Virus record (IMG/VR): IMGVR_UViG_2061766007_002388
Direction: 5' to 3' (one strand)
DNA: 64,000 nucleotides
DNA from: an uncultured virus (IMG/VR IMGVR_UViG_2061766007_002388)
Taxonomy: Duplodnaviria; Heunggongvirae; Uroviricota; Caudoviricetes
A model generated the notes under the pieces. That model was not told where the DNA came from, ran no database searches, and saw nothing but the letters and a program-made list of their open reading frames with translations. The position numbers were made by a program, and so were the translations under genes. Position 1 is the stretch's first letter, and every line of letters begins with the position of its first letter. This document shows, in pieces, positions 1 to 9,546 of this stretch.

Positions 1-133
1 CCTCCGGGGGAGGGGGGCTCATCAAAAGAAAAAATTTTTTTATGTTGATTTTTTCAATCGTTATTTGAAAAATTTCTATGTGTGCTTTTTTTCTTAAAGC
101 ATTGTTTATTTTAATTTTTAAAGGAGCAAAATT

Positions 134-490
134 ATGAAAGATCAAATTATGTACGCAAAAGCAGAAAAAATGTTTAACAATTTTAAGAATTTTTATTTCA
201 CAGAACATGAAAGAGCCAAACAAAATCAAAATTTCGTCGATATTGATGATGTAACTGAGTGGATCGCATCATCGATATTTAAAGAAGATGAAAGATTTAT
301 GAAAAATGGAACTATGACGCCAGAATTACGTTCACTTGAAAGTGTGGAAGAAGAAAAGCAAATCGCAGCCGCTGTTGACGAAGGAATGAATAATCTTGCG
401 ATTGAAATTGTTGAAAATATTTTTATTCCCTTTGGTTGTTTTAAAGAAATTGAAATTAATGATGAAGAATATAAATGGGCTATTGAATAA
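134..490 (+). CDS. hypothetical acidic protein
   Basis: 118-aa ORF with AGGAG ribosome-binding site; no recognisable motif. Confidence 0.7.
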   Translation: MKDQIMYAKAEKMFNNFKNFYFTEHERAKQNQNFVDIDDVTEWIASSIFKEDERFMKNGTMTPELRSLESVEEEKQIAAAVDEGMNNLAIEIVENIFIPFGCFKEIEINDEEYKWAIE

Positions 491-501
491 GGAGTTGTAA
501 T

Positions 502-936
502 ATGTTAAAAATTACTAAGGAATTTAAATTTGAAGCTGCTCATATGCTTCATGATGAAAGGGGAAATTATAATTATGGAAAATGCGAAAACCTGCATGGG
601 CACAGCTATATTTTAAAAGTATCATTGTTTGCAAATACGCCCGGCGAGAATGGAATGATTATGAATTTCACACAGCTGAAGAAAATGATTAATGAATTGA
701 TTATTGATAAAGTTGATCATTCATTTCTTAATGAAACAATTCCTTATATGTTTGAAAAAGAAAATCTTCCTCAATTTTCCGTAACCACATGCGAAAATAT
801 GTCAGTGTTGTTTGGCCAATTAATTGCAAAATATATTGATGAATATACTTGTGATTATGATGCTCATATAAACAAGATCGGAATCGAACTATGGGAAACT
901 GCAACTTCAAATTGTTATGTGGAATTTGAGATCTAA
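502..936 (+). CDS. queD: 6-carboxy-5,6,7,8-tetrahydropterin synthase (QueD/PTPS)
   Basis: Motifs FEAAH, CENLHGHSY, DHSFLN, T.EN and LWET. Confidence 0.92.
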   Translation: MLKITKEFKFEAAHMLHDERGNYNYGKCENLHGHSYILKVSLFANTPGENGMIMNFTQLKKMINELIIDKVDHSFLNETIPYMFEKENLPQFSVTTCENMSVLFGQLIAKYIDEYTCDYDAHINKIGIELWETATSNCYVEFEI

Positions 937-938
937 AA

Positions 939-2027
939 ATGAAAGTAGCAATAATAGGCGACACACATTTTGGAATTAAAGACGGTTCTTATAATATTTT
1001 CAGTTTTCAAAAACATTTTTTTACCGATGTTCTATTTCCAAAGATGAATGAAATTGATTCTGTTATTTTTCTCGGCGATATATTTCATAATCGAAAAAAT
1101 ATAAATCTGAGAATCTTAACTGAAGTTCAATGGCTTTTTAAAAAATTAAAATCATTTAAGAAACCAGTTTATAGTATTTTGGGTAATCATGATTTTTATT
1201 TTCGAAATAATTATGATGTTTCAGCCGTTAGAGATTCTGGACTTCAGATAGATTTTGGTGAAAAAGATAAAAAATATTTTATCGTTAATGAAAATATGTT
1301 GCTAATGCATTGGCATAATTCAAAGGAAGAATTAATGGAAACATTAAATTTCATTAATGATAATGAACAGATTGAAAAAGTTGAATATATTTTTGGACAC
1401 TTTGCATTGCAAGGATTTAATATGGTTGGCAGTAGAGTTGATAATAATGAGAATGATGCCAAACCCGATGAAATATCATCATTTTTTCCAAATCTTAAAA
1501 AAATATATTCAGGTCATTTTCACACACCTAGTAAACGTGGAAATGTAGAATATGTCGGTGTTCCTTATCAACAAACTTGGGCTGATTTAAATTATGGAAT
1601 GGGATTTCATATTTTAGAAACGGAAAATGGCGATGATAGATTTTTTCTAAATCCATTTAGATATTTCTATTCTTTTAAAGTTGATGAAAATTTCATTTTG
1701 GAAAAAGAGATTGAAAATATTAAAGAATTAGACTACCGATGTATTTATAAAATAGTTTATAGTGGGGAAGAGTTTGAAGAAACTGCAAAAAAATTAAACG
1801 ATTTTATTGCAGAAAAGAATCATGATGTTTCGATGATTGATGAATCTATCTACGAAAAAAATATTGAAACTAATATGGAATTAAGCAATGTATCTAATTT
1901 GGATGAATTAATTTTAAAATTTTTTGAAACATCTGATATGATTCCCGACGGTAAGAATAAATTTTATTATGATTACTTCAAAACTTTCTATGATGATAAC
2001 TCAATAGAAAATAATGAATTTGATTGA
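939..2027 (+). CDS. Mre11/SbcD-type recombination endonuclease (T4 gp47-like)
   Basis: Metallophosphoesterase motifs GDTHFG, GDIFH, GNHD, GHF and SGHFH, plus YVGVPYQQTWAD. Confidence 0.9.
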   Translation: MKVAIIGDTHFGIKDGSYNIFSFQKHFFTDVLFPKMNEIDSVIFLGDIFHNRKNINLRILTEVQWLFKKLKSFKKPVYSILGNHDFYFRNNYDVSAVRDSGLQIDFGEKDKKYFIVNENMLLMHWHNSKEELMETLNFINDNEQIEKVEYIFGHFALQGFNMVGSRVDNNENDAKPDEISSFFPNLKKIYSGHFHTPSKRGNVEYVGVPYQQTWADLNYGMGFHILETENGDDRFFLNPFRYFYSFKVDENFILEKEIENIKELDYRCIYKIVYSGEEFEETAKKLNDFIAEKNHDVSMIDESIYEKNIETNMELSNVSNLDELILKFFETSDMIPDGKNKFYYDYFKTFYDDNSIENNEFD

Positions 2028-2092
2028 TTTTTCAAAAACAAATTCCGTGTAAATAAATTCAGTATTATTTAAAATTTTAATGGAGTATACAA

Positions 2093-3637
2093 ATGACTGG
2101 ATTTTATCGGCGTAAACTTATTAATGAATCAACTGAAATTGCAGCCAAGGTGAGAACAAATATGGCTGATAATATTGTTGATTTTGAATACACCAATTCA
2201 ATGGGTGATACTGTTGTTGCGAAAGGTACTACCAATTTTGATATTATATCGGAACTTGGCGGGGTTCTTCCTAAGGGTATAAGAAAACCAAATCCTGAAC
2301 TTTTGAATTACTGGGATGTAATTGCAAGGAATTGGAGAAATTGTAGAGAAGAAAATATCACTGCTTATAATGGCATTTCAAAGAAACCTGTTGATTACGA
2401 AAAAATAGAAGGTTGGATTCGCGATCTCAAAAAACAGCTCGAAAAAGGCGAAGCAACCTTTACGTTTATTAAAAAGGATGGAACAAGGCGTGATGCGCAT
2501 GGTACTAGAAATCCTGAAATAATTAAACAAAATGGTGGTGATACTGAAGGAATTGAAAATGAGAAAGAAAATATATTAACTTACTTTGATCTCGATAAAA
2601 AAGAGTGGCGAAATTGCAGGTATTATTCATTAATTTCTTATATCGATCGAAATGGAAATTTAGTAGAAGGAAGAAATTTAAAAAAGAAAAATACATTAAA
2701 AGAACATATGTCTGACACAGTTGAGGAGAGTAAAAAAATGAATAAAAAAGGAATGTTAAAAGAATCTGATGATTTAATGGAAAAAATTAAAGAAAAGATG
2801 AAAGATGGCGTTGTAAGTTTTACTTTCATTAAAAAGGATGGTTCAAAAAGAGAAGCAAGGGGAACTAGAAATATTGATAGAGTAAAAGAACTTGGCGGAA
2901 CTGTTCCGAAAGGTACTGGTACCGAAAAGAAAGGTGTTCTTGCATTTTATGATCTTGATAAAAAAGATTGGAGATGCTGCAGAGAAGGTTCGATTGTTGA
3001 AATTAATGAATGTAGATCTGTTCAGAGTGTAATGAAAGAATGTAAAATGGGTGTTTTCGCAAAGCCTATAAAAAAAGAAGCTTTTGATATCGGTGAATTT
3101 GAATACGAAGCAGGATATGGACCATATGTCAATAAAAAAGAAACACCGGATGAATGGATGCAGAATCTTAAAAAAGAATTAGAAGATCAACATCGTAATA
3201 TGGAAAAAGATGAAGTAATTGAAGAGTCAACAGAAGACGATAATCTTGTTGATGAACTTTTTAAAGGTAGAAAATCAGTTTCTGGACAAGAAGCAATTGA
3301 TTTCTTTACTAAAAAAGGAATGCTTGAATCAAAGTCGAAGAAAAAGAAAACTTTAAAAGAATCCACTGATGATAATATTAAGTTACAAGTTTTATCTGAA
3401 GTTGAAGATATGTTCAAAAAAATATTAGAAGAAAATGCCGATGAGTTGTCTTATAAGTGGCTTGAGACGACTCCTGAAGCATTCGGTGGTGATCCAGAAA
3501 AATTATCCCCGAAAGTATTCTATATGGTATACCAAGTAATTAAAAAGCTTGCTCTTGAAAATAAAGATTTATTTGAAAGCGCTATTGAAAAAATCTTCAC
3601 TTCTAAACCAAATGATGGTGAGGAAGAAGGTTTCTAA
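2093..3637 (+). CDS. protein with three WYL_2/DUF2693-like (SH3-barrel) domains and an acidic C-terminus; candidate head-packaged protein
   Basis: Three copies of F(T/E)(F/Y)xxxxG..GT.N....(Y/F)(W/F/Y)D....WR.C; many L/I-x-E-S motifs. Confidence 0.75.
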   Translation: MTGFYRRKLINESTEIAAKVRTNMADNIVDFEYTNSMGDTVVAKGTTNFDIISELGGVLPKGIRKPNPELLNYWDVIARNWRNCREENITAYNGISKKPVDYEKIEGWIRDLKKQLEKGEATFTFIKKDGTRRDAHGTRNPEIIKQNGGDTEGIENEKENILTYFDLDKKEWRNCRYYSLISYIDRNGNLVEGRNLKKKNTLKEHMSDTVEESKKMNKKGMLKESDDLMEKIKEKMKDGVVSFTFIKKDGSKREARGTRNIDRVKELGGTVPKGTGTEKKGVLAFYDLDKKDWRCCREGSIVEINECRSVQSVMKECKMGVFAKPIKKEAFDIGEFEYEAGYGPYVNKKETPDEWMQNLKKELEDQHRNMEKDEVIEESTEDDNLVDELFKGRKSVSGQEAIDFFTKKGMLESKSKKKKTLKESTDDNIKLQVLSEVEDMFKKILEENADELSYKWLETTPEAFGGDPEKLSPKVFYMVYQVIKKLALENKDLFESAIEKIFTSKPNDGEEEGF

Positions 3638-3668
3638 AATTTTTTCAAATTAATTCTTCAATACCCCC

Positions 3669-3676
3669 CATAAATA
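3669..3676 (+). promoter_or_regulatory. T4-type late promoter motif (representative of a family)
   Basis: CATAAATA. Related xxTAAATA motifs in intergenic gaps at 2048, 15420, 25999, 26018(-), 28664, 32471, 41180(-), 42014, 43535, 55774, 56334, 56871 and 62469. Confidence 0.6.
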
Positions 3677-3707
3677 TCTAAGTTATTAATAGATATTTTA
3701 AAATATT

Positions 3708-5246
3708 ATGAATCCAAATATTTTTAATGATATTCTTTATAAACACGATCAAAAGAAAATAATAACTACTTTTGACAAAGAGCCACAAAATCCAGATACA
3801 GAAACTAGTTTTAAATCTATTATTTTAAATATTGATGAAGTAAAAGATTTTGATTGGTGGAAAATAGATCTTAATAGTGGAAAAAGTTTCGTTTATAATA
3901 ATAAGACATTTAATAATGGTGATTTAATTTACTATATAGATGGTGATTGGTATACCATTCCAGATATATCTAATTTCAGTGATGATGATATTCTTTTTGA
4001 TAAAAAATATCTCTCCGTTTTAATAGATAAATTTTTTGATTCAGATATAATTCAAAATTATCCCAATTTCATTAAAATCATTAAAGGTTGGTTGGAACAA
4101 TGTGATTTTGGGTATACACACCACGAAAAAGATAAAGATGGAAAATGGATTTCTTCACAAAATGTAGATGGATTTTGGAAAATCATAAATGAATTAGAAG
4201 GATTTGGTGATATTGATAGAATACCCGATGGACAAGCACTTCTTCTTGCCCTTTCTCAGTATTCTATTCAAATATATCAAAATATTAAACAAATTCCTTA
4301 TTTTTATAATGATATTGATGAAACATATAATTATAATAATATAAGATATTTTTTAAGGGTTTCAAAATTATTTGCTCAATCTAAGGGTTCTCCCACATCA
4401 TTATTTTTCTTTTTTAAACTAATTCAAGAAAAATTGGAAATTCGATTTCCCTATAAACAAATAATAAAATTAAGCGAGATTAGCCCCGTCTACAATGAAG
4501 ATGGAACAGTGGCGTATACAGAAGATGAATATGGTGAAAAGAGAATAAGATTTAATCCATCATCTGTTATTAATGGAAATGAAAACATTAAAGATATCGA
4601 CTCCTTGTGTCATATACAAGGTTATGATGAATTTACAGGAATAAGATGGGCTCCTTATACACTTATTTTAAAAACAAATTATTCAGCAACATTTGGGAAA
4701 TCAGAAAATGAAGTTTCAAATTTTAGATCTATGATCGAAGAAATTTTAAAACCAGTTGGTGTAGAATTTTTCTGGAGAGACTTAAAAATTTCTGATGTGA
4801 AAGATACCACCTCACTGATTTCAGATGACGATATTATAACCACACCAATACAGACCAAGAATTTAATTTTTAATATACAAAATCAAGAAGATTCACCAGA
4901 TTTTGATATACTTTTAATTCCAAATATCGAAATTCCTAAATTCATAAATGATAAAGGCGAGTGGAAATTTATTAAAGAATATAGGAATAATAGTATTAAA
5001 TTATTGGATTATATACCTCAACTTATAGTAAAAGGTGATTCATTGGAATCATTAAGCTTTTTTTATAGAAGAAAAAATACCAACGAATATGTAGAACCGT
5101 TAAATATTTCAATACAATGTTATCTTCTTAAAGAATATGTAGAAGGGGAAACAATTACTGATAATAATATATATACATTTGATGATAAAAAATATGTATA
5201 TGTTGATACATGCAATGTTGAATTAAAAACAGAAGTTGTGGAGTAA
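3708..5246 (+). CDS. putative baseplate wedge subunit
   Basis: YPNFIKIIK, SKGSPTSLFFFFKLI and ILKPVGVEFF resemble T4-like wedge proteins; upstream CATAAATA. Confidence 0.55.
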   Translation: MNPNIFNDILYKHDQKKIITTFDKEPQNPDTETSFKSIILNIDEVKDFDWWKIDLNSGKSFVYNNKTFNNGDLIYYIDGDWYTIPDISNFSDDDILFDKKYLSVLIDKFFDSDIIQNYPNFIKIIKGWLEQCDFGYTHHEKDKDGKWISSQNVDGFWKIINELEGFGDIDRIPDGQALLLALSQYSIQIYQNIKQIPYFYNDIDETYNYNNIRYFLRVSKLFAQSKGSPTSLFFFFKLIQEKLEIRFPYKQIIKLSEISPVYNEDGTVAYTEDEYGEKRIRFNPSSVINGNENIKDIDSLCHIQGYDEFTGIRWAPYTLILKTNYSATFGKSENEVSNFRSMIEEILKPVGVEFFWRDLKISDVKDTTSLISDDDIITTPIQTKNLIFNIQNQEDSPDFDILLIPNIEIPKFINDKGEWKFIKEYRNNSIKLLDYIPQLIVKGDSLESLSFFYRRKNTNEYVEPLNISIQCYLLKEYVEGETITDNNIYTFDDKKYVYVDTCNVELKTEVVE

Positions 5247-5249
5247 AAT

Positions 5250-6446
5250 ATGCCCATTTCATTAAAAAGTAAAAAAGATTTAAATAAACCACATAGCAAA
5301 TATAGAAGTGATAGAGGTGATTTTGCTGATTCCTATGAACAAGTGTTATTTAAACCTGGACAAGCCCTCCAGGCAAGAGAATTAAACGCCATTCAAACAA
5401 TATTGCAGAGATATATTAAAAATCTTAGTGATGCACAAGGTTTTAAAAATGGTGTTATTGGTGGTGATCATATACACCTTAATGAGGTTGATAAAACTAT
5501 AACAATTGATGAGTGCTTTGTTTATAATGATGGTGTGGTTCTTAAATTTAAAAAACGAGTATTTAAAATTGAAAATTTAAACAATGTTGGGAAAAAACTC
5601 AAAGCCAGGATAAAATATGAAATATATACCGTAGAAGATGACCCCAGTGATTTATATGATCCGTCTATACAAGTTAAATTATCTGAAAAGTTGCCCGGTG
5701 CGGATAGACTCCATGTTGTTCTTTATGGTGTAATGACTTATGAAGATGAAGAAGGAATACATGAAGTTGTTATTGATGAAGATGGGAATATAGTTGAAGA
5801 TGGTAGTGATTCGGGAAGTTATGGTGGATCATCCGGCTCTAGTGGTGGAACTGACATAGAAATTGGAGAAGTAACACCAGAGGGTGAAATTATAAACCGT
5901 GGAGATGATTCATTAATTGAACTCTTAACAAAAGAATTTGATAATGAAATTATTAGAGGTTTACAAGTACATAGTAATCCTATGAGATTTGCTGGATTAG
6001 AAAAAAATAGCAAGGAATATTCCGGCGTTGAAATAGAACCAGGATCTTATAAAATTAATGATACAAAATATCTTAGTTCAGAATCTAAAACATTTTTATT
6101 TGAAAAACCTGATGTTAGTGAATCAAAAAGATTGAAATCAAAACAGCAGTTATTTAAACTTGGGGATATGGCAGATTTACTCGGAACATTGTGGGGTGAT
6201 ATTCCTGTTGATCTTATGACTGAGGATGAGGATGAAATAGAAAGAAATAATATATTGAATGTAATGTCAGTACCTGGACAAACAGTTCAAATTTTATTAG
6301 AATTGCCAGTGGTAACTGATGATAATGAAATAAAATATGTAAAAATTCCATTATGTGAAGCTGATATATTGGATGTTTTTAATTTTAAATTTGCTAATGT
6401 AAAACAAGATGTAATGAAATTTCAAGACGATCTCATTAAATTGTAA
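5250..6446 (+). CDS. DUF4815/VrlC-like virion structural protein, N-terminal part
   Basis: VLFKPGQALQARELNAIQTILQ, LYDP and PGADRL. Confidence 0.75.
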   Translation: MPISLKSKKDLNKPHSKYRSDRGDFADSYEQVLFKPGQALQARELNAIQTILQRYIKNLSDAQGFKNGVIGGDHIHLNEVDKTITIDECFVYNDGVVLKFKKRVFKIENLNNVGKKLKARIKYEIYTVEDDPSDLYDPSIQVKLSEKLPGADRLHVVLYGVMTYEDEEGIHEVVIDEDGNIVEDGSDSGSYGGSSGSSGGTDIEIGEVTPEGEIINRGDDSLIELLTKEFDNEIIRGLQVHSNPMRFAGLEKNSKEYSGVEIEPGSYKINDTKYLSSESKTFLFEKPDVSESKRLKSKQQLFKLGDMADLLGTLWGDIPVDLMTEDEDEIERNNILNVMSVPGQTVQILLELPVVTDDNEIKYVKIPLCEADILDVFNFKFANVKQDVMKFQDDLIKL

Positions 6447-6561
6447 ATCCCGGAAACTTTACATCCCCCGAAAATATTGACAACATATTCAAACAACTTC
6501 TGGATCCTCTCTGTAATATCAACAGATTATACCCACAACTCGTGGAAAATAATTTTTCCTC

Positions 6562-6590
6562 TTGATTTTTCTTTAAAATTCATTTAAAAT
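6562..6590 (+). promoter_or_regulatory. sigma70-like early promoter
   Basis: TTGATT-N17-TAAAAT. Confidence 0.65.
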
Positions 6591-6630
6591 ATATTTGTAT
6601 TTTTGTTTTTTCAATAATGGAGAATTATAT

Positions 6631-7074
6631 ATGAAGAAAACACTCATACTTATAAGAGGTGCATCGGGTTCTGGTAAATCGACTATGGCTAAAAATATTA
6701 TCAGCAGTCTCAATACTCCGCCGTATCTTAGTAAACTCAATGTTAAACATTTTGAAGCGGATCAATATTTTACAAAAAATGGAACTTATGCTTTTGATCC
6801 CAAACAATTGCCAGAAGCGCATGGAGAATGTTTTGAAAGTACTAAAAATGCTTTAAATGATAATGAAACTAATATTGTTATAGTTACAAATACTTTTGTC
6901 AAAAAATGGGAAATTAAGCCATATATTGATCTTGCAAATAGTATGGATAATGTCGATTTAAAAATTTGGCGAATGGAAACACAATATGAAAATACACATG
7001 GCGTGCCACAAGAGAAAGTTGAAAAGCAAAGAAATAATATGGAAGATATAGAAGGTGAAGTAATTTTAAATTAA
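6631..7074 (+). CDS. P-loop AAA_33 / polynucleotide-kinase-like protein
   Basis: Walker A GASGSGKST, HFEADQYF, AH..C, NTF and NTHGVP; start placed at the ATG after a GGAG RBS. Confidence 0.8.
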   Translation: MKKTLILIRGASGSGKSTMAKNIISSLNTPPYLSKLNVKHFEADQYFTKNGTYAFDPKQLPEAHGECFESTKNALNDNETNIVIVTNTFVKKWEIKPYIDLANSMDNVDLKIWRMETQYENTHGVPQEKVEKQRNNMEDIEGEVILN

Positions 7075-7085
7075 AAGGGGAAATT

Positions 7086-7682
7086 ATGAGTACGTATATT
7101 AGTTCATATGTTGAAAAATTTAATAAAAAAACAAATCAATGGGAATTAATTTCGAAAAATTGTTTCTCCGATAATTTTAAACATTATTTAAATTCATATG
7201 ATTATACTGACTGGTATAATTTTAATCTTATTTTAAATAAGAAAGAACTTTCATCAGAAATAAAAGAAATATATGAAATTGATGAAGAAGGAAATGCAAA
7301 CATAGAAATACGTTACGTGACACTCAAAGGCCTCCACGATTATGCCATCAAACAAGTTGAAAACTACATAAGTAAAACAAATTCATTGTTTACAGCCCTC
7401 GGTCTTCGTGATATGTATCGTGTTAATGAAGATGAAGAAGTATTTGAAGATGGCAAATATGACGATGAAGGAAATATTAAAAACACATATAATCCTATGA
7501 CATTTCCTATAAACAAAGAACTTTTAATTGAATGGAATGATTCAGAAATAAAAGCTTTCAATATGACACGACTTTTGGGAATATGTGAATCAATATATGA
7601 ACAATGTGCTGAGATGGAAGATGGGTGTTATGTTAGCGCCGATTCAAATAATATTCGTATTATAATGGCATTGGAGAACTAA
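7086..7682 (+). CDS. hypothetical protein, paralog of 59246..59818
   Basis: Shared segments FNK.TN.WE.IS, DNFK.YLN, ALGL, KYDD..NI and YNP.TFP..KEL..EWN. Confidence 0.8.
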   Translation: MSTYISSYVEKFNKKTNQWELISKNCFSDNFKHYLNSYDYTDWYNFNLILNKKELSSEIKEIYEIDEEGNANIEIRYVTLKGLHDYAIKQVENYISKTNSLFTALGLRDMYRVNEDEEVFEDGKYDDEGNIKNTYNPMTFPINKELLIEWNDSEIKAFNMTRLLGICESIYEQCAEMEDGCYVSADSNNIRIIMALEN

Positions 7683-7684
7683 AA

Positions 7685-8245
7685 GTGGAAAAATTTGACG
7701 AAAAAACAAAATTAATTTTTCAAAAAATAGTAGTTGAAAAATTATATAATCAATATACATATTCTTTAAATAATTTGGAATTTAAAATGATGACCAATCT
7801 TTTCAAAAAAAGTTCCATCGATAAAATGGGATTTGGAAAGCGTAAATTTTTGGAAAATGAATTTTATGAATTTGCCATCGAATTTATGGGTGTGCTTTCA
7901 AAATTGGCTGTCAGACAACGAAGAGAAGTTTTTGGAAAATCATTAAATGAATTTTTTAAACATTCATCATTATTGAAAAGCAAATATCCTCTTTGTAGTG
8001 AAATATTTAAATATCATTTAAAAGAAAATTATAATATAAAGAGATCATGGGAAAATATTTGTCATGAACACAGTTTAATATTTGCACGCAAATTGAGAAA
8101 ACTTCTTATAACTGAACATCGAACCAGGGGAAAATTTTTCAAACAATTTGTCAAAGAAGAATTAAAAAAATTGTTTGAAACGAAAGAAAACATACCCACC
8201 TGCATTACTGATATTGAATATTTTAAAAAATATATTGAATTTTAA
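7685..8245 (+). CDS. hypothetical protein
   Basis: 186-aa ORF in an operon, GTG start. Confidence 0.65.
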   Translation: MEKFDEKTKLIFQKIVVEKLYNQYTYSLNNLEFKMMTNLFKKSSIDKMGFGKRKFLENEFYEFAIEFMGVLSKLAVRQRREVFGKSLNEFFKHSSLLKSKYPLCSEIFKYHLKENYNIKRSWENICHEHSLIFARKLRKLLITEHRTRGKFFKQFVKEELKKLFETKENIPTCITDIEYFKKYIEF

Positions 8246-8692
8246 ATGTCCAAAATTTCTAGTATTGTTGAATTAGTGTCTCACAAAAATGTATTTTTTG
8301 ATTACAATGTAAAAGAATCGCTTCTTGATTCTCCATTCACCATGATTATAATTTTTCATTATTATGATGAAATTACTCATGGCTCATATGAACAAATTGT
8401 GGAAAGAATTAAAAATTTTTCTTATTTTAATTTTAATGACTGGAGACTTCCTAAAATTGATGAGATGAAATTTATTAGTGAAAAAATTATACAAAATAAA
8501 GATTGTGTGCAAATATATGACTTTGATCAAGAAGTTGCATGGGTTGATAAAACGAGTTGTGAAAAACCAACTTATAGAAGAAAAAAAGTCTATAAGTGGA
8601 TATTTAATTCAAAACACAGTAACGGTGGGCTTCTTATGTCTAGAGATAAAAGTAATGATTCAATTTGGACTAATCTTATTATTGTGAGATGA
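8246..8692 (+). CDS. DUF1566/Lcl (C-type lectin-like) domain protein
   Basis: NDWRLPKIDEM, a conserved W, and a C-terminal LIIVR. Confidence 0.6.
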   Translation: MSKISSIVELVSHKNVFFDYNVKESLLDSPFTMIIIFHYYDEITHGSYEQIVERIKNFSYFNFNDWRLPKIDEMKFISEKIIQNKDCVQIYDFDQEVAWVDKTSCEKPTYRRKKVYKWIFNSKHSNGGLLMSRDKSNDSIWTNLIIVR

Positions 8693-8698
8693 AAAGAG

Positions 8699-8727
8699 TT
8701 GATTTTTTGAAAATTGTATGATAAAAT
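8699..8727 (+). promoter_or_regulatory. sigma70-like promoter of the tRNA pair
   Basis: TTGATT-N17-TAAAAT, 11 nt upstream of the tRNA. Confidence 0.7.
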
Positions 8728-8738
8728 CTATTTGTTGT

Positions 8739-8814
8739 TCGGGGTTCGTCCAACTGGTTAGGACTCGAGACCTTGGATCTCGTAATGAGTGTTCGAACCA
8801 CTCACCCCGATCCA
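8739..8814 (+). tRNA. tRNA-Gln(UUG), atypical C33
   Basis: Acceptor stem TCGGGGT/ACCCCGA, anticodon stem CGAGA/TCTCG with loop CCTTGGA, T-loop TTCGAAC, encoded CCA. Confidence 0.85.
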
Positions 8815-8833
8815 CGATCTTTGATAAACGAGT

Positions 8834-9177
8834 GCCACTGTGGTGGAATTGGTAGACACTAGGGACTTTAAGAAAAAAAAGCTATCTGTTCAATATAAAG
8901 GCATTATATTGAAAATAAGCAGATAAAAATTGAGCATTTATCCAGTGATGGATAATATGAATGGTGGCTAATTCGGCGAACGCTTTGCCATGCCAACGCC
9001 GAGCTAAGTGGAATGCGTGTTCCTAAATGTGTAGAGACTATACACCACCCAACTGATGACAGTTGAAGACATAGTCCAGACCACAAACAGTATTTTATAC
9101 TGGCATTGAAAAATGTAGTGGTAAGAAAATCCCTCGAAGGTAACTTCATGTCGGTTCGAGTCCGACCAGTGGCACCA
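8834..9177 (+). tRNA. tRNA-Leu(UAA) split by a group I intron (exons 8834-8868 and 9126-9177)
   Basis: Acceptor stem GCCACTG/CAGTGGC-A-CCA; anticodon stem AGGGA/TCCCT; joined exons give loop CT-TAA-AA; long variable arm. Confidence 0.93.
8869..9125 (+). ncRNA. group I self-splicing intron (trnL-UAA type, no ORF)
   Basis: 5' exon ends in U and intron ends in G; P3 TGGTG/CACCA, P4 TTCGGCG/CGCCGAG, P7 GACTA/TAGTC within GTAGAGACTA...AAGACATAGTCC, P8 CAACTG/CAGTTG, P9 ACCAC/GTGGT. Confidence 0.9.
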
Positions 9178-9196
9178 ATTTTTAAGAGGTTTTAAA

Positions 9197-9544
9197 ATGA
9201 TCAGATTAGGAAAAAAACAATTTAGCAGATTAATGGAAGGCAAAGAAGTTCTTGTTAATATAGCTGAATTTTCCAAAAAGAAAGATGAGCAGGATTTGAT
9301 TAATAGAAAAATTAAAAATTGTATAGTATACAACAGATATACAAAAGAAAAAATATCATGTAGTTTTCATTACATAGCAAATTATGCAAATCATGTTTGT
9401 TTTGCTGTAACAAAAGATGAAGAGATTATTGAAAATGAATCTTTAAAAGAATGGAAAGAATATATCCCAACGCTTCTTTTTTACCTCGGTTGTATTTGTG
9501 CTTTCGTTATGATTTGTTTAAAAATTTATGTGAACTGTAATTAA
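9197..9544 (+). CDS. hypothetical protein with a C-terminal transmembrane helix
   Basis: GAGG RBS; hydrophobic C-terminus. Confidence 0.65.
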   Translation: MIRLGKKQFSRLMEGKEVLVNIAEFSKKKDEQDLINRKIKNCIVYNRYTKEKISCSFHYIANYANHVCFAVTKDEEIIENESLKEWKEYIPTLLFYLGCICAFVMICLKIYVNCN

Positions 9545-9546
9545 TC

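Noticed and set aside
1..45. G/C-rich stretch and A/T palindrome at the window start
   Set aside because: Probably a truncated terminator hairpin; too little context to call
8904..9333. Minus-strand ORFs over the intron as a homing endonuclease
   Set aside because: Antisense to the tRNA and intron, with no LAGLIDADG, GIY-YIG or HNH motif
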